From an uncultured delta proteobacterium (lineage in GTDB: Bacteria; Desulfobacterota; RBG-13-43-22): a stretch of 64,000 nucleotides of DNA. A program made the translations under genes and the position numbers. Positions 57,560 through 64,000 of the stretch are shown in pieces; position 1 is the first letter of the stretch; each line of letters begins with the position of its first letter. Below the pieces are notes generated by a model that saw nothing but the letters and a program-made list of their open reading frames with translations, was not told the DNA's origin and ran no database searches. Location of the stretch: positions 32,001 through 96,000 of the forward strand of contig CAVQFQ010000008.1 in the NCBI GenBank assembly GCA_963711835.1, read 5' to 3'.

Positions 57560-59794
57560 ATGTCCAAGATTCACCTGACCATTAACGGCCAGCCGCTGGA
57601 GGCCGAATCCGGTCAAACAATTCTCCAGGTTGCCGAAAGCTCCGGCATCCGTATCCCGACCCTTTGTTATCATCCGGCCCTGCCCCCGGAAGAATCCTGC
57701 CGCATCTGCGTGGTTGAGTTGTTTAAAGGGAAATGGAGTTCCTTGGTGGCGGCCTGCGTTTACCCGGCCCGGGAAGGGATGGTTATCGAAACCGATACCC
57801 CCCAGGTTCACAAGGCCCGCCGGACCATCCTGGAATTGATTTTATCAGACCACCCCAGTGATTGCATGACCTGCAACTCTACCGGAAACTGCGAACTTCA
57901 GGATCTGGCCTATGAATACGGCATCAAGGAAGTCACCCTCGGCGGCCAGTCCCATTCCTATCCCATAGATCCTGATCCGAACCCCTTCATCCATTGGGAT
58001 ATGAATAAGTGCGTCATGTGCCGCCGCTGTATCCGGGCCTGTTCCGAAGTCCAGTGTGCCCATGTCCTGACCAAGGCCGAGCGGGGTTTTAATCAACGAA
58101 TTTCAACGGCTTTCGGGGAACTCCTGGAAAATTCAGGCTGCGAATTCGACGGCCAATGTCTGGCTTTTTGCCCGGTGGATGCCTTATCCGAGAAAGCCCC
58201 GCGGGGGAAGGCCCGCACCTGGGAGATGGGAAAGACCCGGACCGTCTGTCCCTTATGTGCCTGCGGCTGCCTGTTCGACCTGAACACCAAGGGAGATCAG
58301 GTCCTCAAAGTGACCTCCAATTTCAGTTCCCCGGCTAATCTGGGCGCCCTCTGTAACCGGGGCCGGTTTGGTTACGAATACCTGAATCATCCCGATCGGC
58401 TCAAGGCGCCCCTTTTGAAAAAGGGAAATGATTGGGTCGAAGCCGAATGGGAGGAGGCCCTGGAGGTAATCGCGGATAAGTTCCGGGCCGTTCAAGAGAA
58501 GTTCGGTCCGGAGGCCCTGGGTTTCCTCCTTTCCCCTTCTTTGACCAATGAGGAACTGTATCTCTGGCAGAAATTCGCCCGGTCATCCCTGAAAACAAGC
58601 CGCTTGGCCCATCCGGAGGCCTGCCTATGGGCCCCGGTAAAAAAAATAATGGACGAACGTCTCGGCCTCTCGGGCATGACCAATCCCACCGGGGACTTGA
58701 TCAACAGCTCCGGCATACTCCTCCTGGGCTCCCATATCATGACCACCCACCCCATCGCCGGGATCAAGATTCGCCAGGCCGTCCAAAAAGGAGCCCGGCT
58801 TTTGACGATCGATAGTCAGGCCCATAGCTTCAGCAGCCTGGCCTATCAGGCCCTGATCGCCCCCTCCGGGACCGAGGAACTGATCCTGAACGGCATCCTT
58901 TCCTTCCTAGTTCAACAAACCAAATGGGATCAGGAATTTGTGGCCCAAAGGACGTCCGGTTTGGAGGGCCTCCGGGAAGCCCTGTCCAAAACAACCCTGG
59001 AGAGCACAGCGGCCGAAACCGGACTGCCCTTAAAGAGCCTGCAGGAAGCCGCGGACTTTGTGGCCCATCACCGGCCCCTGGCCCTGATCTGCCCGCCTCC
59101 CTTGAACGGCCGTCCTTTCCCCCCTGCCCTGGTGGAATCGGCCTTGAACCTGCAGCTCCTGATGGGAAACCTGGGTAAGTCCGGGGGAGGTCTGGATTTC
59201 CTGGTTCCCCAGGCCAACGGCTTAGGGGCCTGGGAGTTCGGCGCCGGCCGTCCGGACTATACCGACGAGGAGCTCTGGTCGGATCTGAAGGCCGGAAACA
59301 TTAAAGCCCTATTCCTGGCCGCCGAAGATCCCTACGGCAACAGCCACCTCTCGCCGGCCCAGCAGGCCCTTCTCAATACCTTGGGCGATGAATCCTTTTT
59401 GGTCGTCCAGGATCTCTTTTTGAGCGAGGCGGCCCGAAAGGCCCAGGTCGTGTTGCCGGCCCTGTCTTACTCGGAAAAAACCGGCACCTTCTTAAATATG
59501 GAGCGCCGAGTCCAATTGCTTAAACCGGGCCTTCCGGTCCAGGGCAAAGGGCTTTGGACCGGGGAACTGCTGGGCCAACTGGCCCTTCGTATGGGTTTGT
59601 CCTTCCCGGTTCTATCGGCGGCTGAAACCTTTCAGGAAATAGCCCTGACTTTCCCCCTCTGGTCCGGCTTGAATTACAGCCGCCTAGAAAAAGAAGGGCT
59701 TTCATGGCCCTGCCCGGATCCCGATTCCAAGGGAACGCCGATCTTATTTGAATCGGATTTTCCGGTCGGGAAGGTCCGGTTAGTAAAAGCCTAA
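57560..59794 (+). CDS. NuoG-like / FdhF-derived Fe-S subunit (probably non-catalytic)
   Basis: IPTLC...CRIC...AAC, HPSDCMTC..C, CVMCRRC...C, CEFDGQC...CP, CPLCACGC...LC; degenerate Mo-ligand region. Confidence 0.88.
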   Translation: MSKIHLTINGQPLEAESGQTILQVAESSGIRIPTLCYHPALPPEESCRICVVELFKGKWSSLVAACVYPAREGMVIETDTPQVHKARRTILELILSDHPSDCMTCNSTGNCELQDLAYEYGIKEVTLGGQSHSYPIDPDPNPFIHWDMNKCVMCRRCIRACSEVQCAHVLTKAERGFNQRISTAFGELLENSGCEFDGQCLAFCPVDALSEKAPRGKARTWEMGKTRTVCPLCACGCLFDLNTKGDQVLKVTSNFSSPANLGALCNRGRFGYEYLNHPDRLKAPLLKKGNDWVEAEWEEALEVIADKFRAVQEKFGPEALGFLLSPSLTNEELYLWQKFARSSLKTSRLAHPEACLWAPVKKIMDERLGLSGMTNPTGDLINSSGILLLGSHIMTTHPIAGIKIRQAVQKGARLLTIDSQAHSFSSLAYQALIAPSGTEELILNGILSFLVQQTKWDQEFVAQRTSGLEGLREALSKTTLESTAAETGLPLKSLQEAADFVAHHRPLALICPPPLNGRPFPPALVESALNLQLLMGNLGKSGGGLDFLVPQANGLGAWEFGAGRPDYTDEELWSDLKAGNIKALFLAAEDPYGNSHLSPAQQALLNTLGDESFLVVQDLFLSEAARKAQVVLPALSYSEKTGTFLNMERRVQLLKPGLPVQGKGLWTGELLGQLALRMGLSFPVLSAAETFQEIALTFPLWSGLNYSRLEKEGLSWPCPDPDSKGTPILFESDFPVGKVRLVKA

Positions 59795-59925
59795 CGAAGA
59801 GGTTTGAAGTTTTTTTCACCTCTTAAAGAAATAAAGAAATGGTGTTGGGAGGGACCCCCCAACACCTGGATCCGGGATTCAATTCCCTATCCAACCCGAC
59901 CCTCTAAACCTTGTTTGGGGGCACC

Positions 59926-62382
59926 ATGATTCCCTTTCTATCCCGCATCCGGCGGAGTTTGGCCCTTAAAATGGGCATCTCGGTTGGCATTATCCTTCTG
60001 ATCTCCATCAGTAGCTTCACTTTTTTCAACATTCGGGAGCTTAAAAAACAACTCATCCACCGTTTGATGCTCCGGGCCGACCGCTTCAGCGAAACGGTTC
60101 AGCGGGCCACCCGCTTCGGCATGCTGATCAACGACCGGGAGCATGTGGCCCGTATCATTGAAGCCTTGGCCGCTCAGGAGGGTATCGAGGGCATCCGGGT
60201 CTTCAGCAAAAAAGGGGTCATCATGTATTCCTCCAGGGTCCTGGAGGCCGGGACCTTTCTGAGTAAGAAGGATCCCCCATGCAGTTCCTGTCATGAATCC
60301 TTGGAACCCCTGGAACATCTACCTTTGAAGCAGCGGGCCCGCTTTGAAAAAGGGAGCGGGCAGAAACATGTCCTCAATATCATCACCTCCATCCCCAACG
60401 AATCGAGCTGTTTCACCGCGGCTTGTCATGTCCATACCCCGGCGGAACGAAAGCTCGGGGTGCTGGAAGTGTCCATGTCCATGGTCAAGATCGACGAGGA
60501 AATCAAGCGGAATGTTCGCGGCACCCTGCTCTTTGATCTCCTGCTCTTTCTTTTTATCACCACCATTATCATTGCCAGCCTCCTCCTTTTCGTAAACCGC
60601 CCTATCAAGCGTCTGGTTCAAGGAGCCAAAAAGATCGGAGAAGGCCGTTTAAAGGAGGTCATTTCCATTGATTCCCGCGATGAGATCGGTGAGTTGGCTC
60701 GGGCCTTTAATGAGATGAGCGAACGGATCTCTTCCTATACCCAGGATCTGGAGCGCATGGTCGCCGAACGGACCGAGGATTTCCGGAAATCCGAGGAAAG
60801 GTACCGCCTTATCTTCCAAGGCTCCCAGGACGGGATCCTCCTGACTACCCCGGAGGGAAAATTATTAGAGATCAATCCCACCGGCGTCTCCCTGCTGGGA
60901 CACGATTCCAAACGATCGGCCCTGGAGCATTTTAATTTGCATGCCCTCTTTGTTAATTTTGAGGATTGGCATCTGGTCCGAAAAACGATTTCCCAGGGAG
61001 GTTTCATCAGCGATTTCGAAACCCTGCTGCAACCCCAACCGGGTCTGACCATAGAGGCCTTGCTTTCCGCCCATGTAATCAAAGACGCCTCCGCCCAAAT
61101 GCTCGGCTATGTATTGCTTCTCAAAGACGTTACGGATAAGAAAAAAGCCGAACGTCTCTTGCTCCATGAAAAACAGACCATTGAGGGTATCCTGGAAGGG
61201 TCTCCCATAGCCATGTTTGTTGTGGATCATAGCCATCAGGTCATCCACTGGAATAAGGCCTGTGAACAATTGACCGGGAAAAGCAAGGCCGAGATGATCG
61301 GCACACAGGGCCAGTGGAAGGCCTTCTATAACCAACCCAAGCCCCTTATGTCGGACTGGATTATCGAGGAAAATAGCAACGGCCTTTATGAATCGTACGG
61401 CGATAAAAATTTGAAGGAATCCCCCTTTATCACGGGGGCCTTTCAGGCCGAAGATTTTTTTCCTTTCCTGGGTCAGGGGGGCCGGCACCTTCTTTTTTTA
61501 TCGGCCCCGATCCGCGATCAGGAGGGCCAGATTCTGGCGGCCATAACCACACTTCAGGATGTAACCGAACAGCGCCGGGCCGAAGCGGTTATCCAACGGA
61601 ACATCCGGGAGATCGAACAGGCCTATGAGGAATTGAAATCAACTCAGGAACAGCTTATTCAATCGGCCAGACTGGCTTCTTTAGGAAAACTGGCGGCCAC
61701 CATCGCCCATGAGATCAACAATCCTCTGGCCGGGGTTTTAAATTATATCAAGTTGCTGATTAGAATCTTTCAGAAGGATCCTCTCCCCCTCGACCGTCTG
61801 GAAGATATTCGGGCTTTCCTGTCCATCATGGAAAAAGAAACGACCCGGAGCGGCGAGATCGTCAAAAATCTGTTGTCCTTTTCGCGGCCTTCGGTGGTTC
61901 GTCTGGAAGCCACCCCGATCAATGACATAATCGAGCAGGCCCTGAATATCCTAACCCACAAGATTGAGATCTCCGGGGTCCAATTGAAGCGGGATTTGGG
62001 AGCAAATTTACCGCCGGTAATTTGTGATTTTAAACAGATCCAACAGGCCTTGATGAACATCATCATCAATGGGGTGGAAGCCATGCCGGAGGGCGGCACC
62101 CTGACCATCGCCAGCCGTACCCTGTCCGAGGCCAACATGGTTGAGGTGGAAATCCGGGATACCGGCATGGGCATCTCCAAGGAGAATTTGAAAAACCTCT
62201 TCGAACCTTTCTTTACCACCAAGGCCGAAGGGAAAGGGGTGGGCCTGGGACTTTCGGTTTCCTACGGCATTATCAGCAAGCATGAAGGGGTTATTCTGGT
62301 GGAAAGTAGCCCTGGACAGGGTACCCAATTTCGGGTACGTTTACCCATACAGCCGGGAGAGGGCAACAAGTCCCCGGGATAA
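59926..62382 (+). CDS. Sensor histidine kinase with periplasmic heme-c motifs, HAMP and two PAS domains
   Basis: CSSCH and CFTAACH between two TM helices; RDEIGELA; AHEINNPL; NGVEAM, DTGMG, FFTTK, GLGL. Confidence 0.93.
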   Translation: MIPFLSRIRRSLALKMGISVGIILLISISSFTFFNIRELKKQLIHRLMLRADRFSETVQRATRFGMLINDREHVARIIEALAAQEGIEGIRVFSKKGVIMYSSRVLEAGTFLSKKDPPCSSCHESLEPLEHLPLKQRARFEKGSGQKHVLNIITSIPNESSCFTAACHVHTPAERKLGVLEVSMSMVKIDEEIKRNVRGTLLFDLLLFLFITTIIIASLLLFVNRPIKRLVQGAKKIGEGRLKEVISIDSRDEIGELARAFNEMSERISSYTQDLERMVAERTEDFRKSEERYRLIFQGSQDGILLTTPEGKLLEINPTGVSLLGHDSKRSALEHFNLHALFVNFEDWHLVRKTISQGGFISDFETLLQPQPGLTIEALLSAHVIKDASAQMLGYVLLLKDVTDKKKAERLLLHEKQTIEGILEGSPIAMFVVDHSHQVIHWNKACEQLTGKSKAEMIGTQGQWKAFYNQPKPLMSDWIIEENSNGLYESYGDKNLKESPFITGAFQAEDFFPFLGQGGRHLLFLSAPIRDQEGQILAAITTLQDVTEQRRAEAVIQRNIREIEQAYEELKSTQEQLIQSARLASLGKLAATIAHEINNPLAGVLNYIKLLIRIFQKDPLPLDRLEDIRAFLSIMEKETTRSGEIVKNLLSFSRPSVVRLEATPINDIIEQALNILTHKIEISGVQLKRDLGANLPPVICDFKQIQQALMNIIINGVEAMPEGGTLTIASRTLSEANMVEVEIRDTGMGISKENLKNLFEPFFTTKAEGKGVGLGLSVSYGIISKHEGVILVESSPGQGTQFRVRLPIQPGEGNKSPG

Positions 62383-62507
62383 GAGACAGGGTTCATGGGT
62401 TCAAATTGTTCCCGGACCTTGTGCCCTCGGCCTTCTGCCTTTCCCCCTACAGCCGGAAATCTTATTCCTAGTGACTTGGATCTCTATCCGCAACCCGTTT
62501 TTAGGAG

Positions 62508-63866
62508 ATGATGATGAGTGAAGTTCCGAAAATTTTAGTCGTGGATGATGAGCAGATTGTTCGGGAATCCCTGGCCAACTGGCTCAAGGAGGACGGCTAC
62601 CAGGTCGAAACGGCTGAGAGCGGTCCTCAGGCCCTGGAACGGATTCAATCGGCCTCGTTTCATATCGTCCTGCTGGATCTAAAAATGCCCGAGATGAACG
62701 GCATCCAGGTCCTGCAGGAAATAAAAAAGAACTTTTCCGACATTGAGGTGATTATCATGACCGCTTACGGCTCCATCCATACCGCCGTTGAAGCCATCAA
62801 GGAAGGGGCCTTCGATTATATTGTAAAACCGTTTGACCCGGAAGAGGTAGGTCTCTTGATCCGTAAGATCCTGGACCACAAGAATTTAGTCCTGGAAAAT
62901 ATCCTGCTGCGTCAAAAACTGGAGGAGAAATATGAATTTGAGGACCTGATCGGCAAGAGCGCGGTCATGCAAAACCTCTTTGGCTTGATCCGGAACGTGG
63001 CCCCCACCCAGGCCACCGTCCTGATTACCGGCGAATCGGGAACCGGAAAGGAACTGGTCGCCAAGGCCATTCACACCCTGAGCCCGCGCCGCTACCAGCC
63101 TTTTATCGCCCTGAGTTGCGGCGCCCTGCCCGATACCCTTTTGGAAAGCGAACTTTTCGGCTATGAGAAAGGGGCCTTTACCGGGGCCGGGCATACCAAG
63201 AAAGGACGATTTGAATTGGCCGACGGAGGCACCCTGTTTCTGGATGAGATCGGTGAGATCTCCTTAAAGACCCAGATCGATCTGCTGCGGGTCCTGCAGG
63301 AGAAGGAATTCCGCCGCCTGGGAGGGACCGAGGTCATCAAAGTCGACGTGCGCATCATTTCCGCCACCAACCGCGATCTTCCGGAAGCCTTGCGTCAGGG
63401 CATTTTCCGGGGCGATCTTTTTTACCGTTTGAATGTGGTCGCCATCCCCCTGCCCCCGCTTCGGGATCGGAAGGAGGATATCCCGCTTTTGGCCAAACAT
63501 TTCCTGAAACGGTATGCCATCGAAATCAACAAAAAGGTGGACCGCCTGGAGCCCCGGGCCTTGGAGAGCCTGATGAATTACAACTGGCCGGGCAATGTCC
63601 GGGAATTGGAGAACGCCGTGGAAAGGGCGGTGGTTATCAGCCAGAGCCGCGAATTAACGGAAAAAGATTTTGCCTTCCTCCAATCCGGCCCGACCCCTCT
63701 TGCGGAAGGAGGGATCAAAAATCTCCAGGAACTGGAACGGCTTCATGTCCTGAGGGTCCTGGATGAAAATCATTGGAATATCTCCAAGTCGGCCTCTGAA
63801 TTGGGCATAGATCGGGTCACGCTTTACAATAAAATAAAAAAATACGGCCTTGAAAGAAATCCATAA
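62508..63866 (+). CDS. Sigma-54-dependent response regulator (NtrC family)
   Basis: VVDDE, DLKMP, GESGTGKE, GAFTGA, LFLDEI, WPGNVRELEN, Fis HTH. Confidence 0.96.
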   Translation: MMMSEVPKILVVDDEQIVRESLANWLKEDGYQVETAESGPQALERIQSASFHIVLLDLKMPEMNGIQVLQEIKKNFSDIEVIIMTAYGSIHTAVEAIKEGAFDYIVKPFDPEEVGLLIRKILDHKNLVLENILLRQKLEEKYEFEDLIGKSAVMQNLFGLIRNVAPTQATVLITGESGTGKELVAKAIHTLSPRRYQPFIALSCGALPDTLLESELFGYEKGAFTGAGHTKKGRFELADGGTLFLDEIGEISLKTQIDLLRVLQEKEFRRLGGTEVIKVDVRIISATNRDLPEALRQGIFRGDLFYRLNVVAIPLPPLRDRKEDIPLLAKHFLKRYAIEINKKVDRLEPRALESLMNYNWPGNVRELENAVERAVVISQSRELTEKDFAFLQSGPTPLAEGGIKNLQELERLHVLRVLDENHWNISKSASELGIDRVTLYNKIKKYGLERNP

Positions 63867-63877
63867 AAGAGATCGCC

Positions 63878-64000
63878 ATAGAACCCGTTATTCACCTATT
63901 ACCTATTGGGGAAATGCCGGAGGACGTCCTCTTGGCTGTTTTTGATGCGATTCCGAAGGCCTTTGGCCTCCCCTGTCTTATCAGTCCTGCCCTTCGCCTA
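63878..64000 (+). CDS. 5' part of probable archaemetzincin-like (M54) protein, runs off window end
   Basis: Open frame IEPVIHLLPIGEMPEDVLLAVFDAIPKAFGLPCLISPAL resembles the archaemetzincin N-terminus; zinc motif not in window. Confidence 0.45.
   Translation, partial: MEPVIHLLPIGEMPEDVLLAVFDAIPKAFGLPCLISPALRL

Noticed and set aside
57560-59794. Active (seleno)formate dehydrogenase
   Set aside because: No in-frame TGA, catalytic motif degenerate, C-terminal cofactor domain missing
1-64000. CRISPR array, rRNA, transposase or prophage genes
   Set aside because: No regularly spaced direct repeats or recognisable motifs seen

Overview
A GC-moderate bacterial chromosomal window. The gene content (QrcABCD, heme-c sensor kinase, sigma-54 regulator, deltaproteobacterial-type PilMNOPQ) points to an anaerobic Desulfobacterota (Deltaproteobacteria) organism; this assignment is inference. 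Contents: housekeeping genes (recN, csp, tsaC-like, sppA, rpsA, cmk, hisC, ihfB-like, mnmA, mtaB, ribF, tRNA-Leu-CAG, large Alu-type SRP RNA), two type IV pilus clusters plus a stand-alone GspE/PilB-like ATPase, the menaquinone reductase qrcABCD, and an 18-kb complex I-like operon. Most interesting: (1) the complex I has four antiporter-like subunits and an atypical input module (NuoE, a NuoF fused to a GltD-like NADPH domain, a flavin-less mini-NuoF, and an FdhF-derived NuoG with a degenerate catalytic site); (2) a four-copy family of ~215-bp (up to ~320-bp) rod-like palindromic elements showing covariation; (3) an unannotated DUF1573-like frame right after qrcD with an in-frame UGA followed by a SECIS-like hairpin; (4) a terminator-like structured leader upstream of qrcA; (5) several gene remnants at 1.4-4.7 kb. 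No CRISPR array, transposase, integrase or rRNA was seen. All family assignments come from motif recognition by eye; no database search was run.
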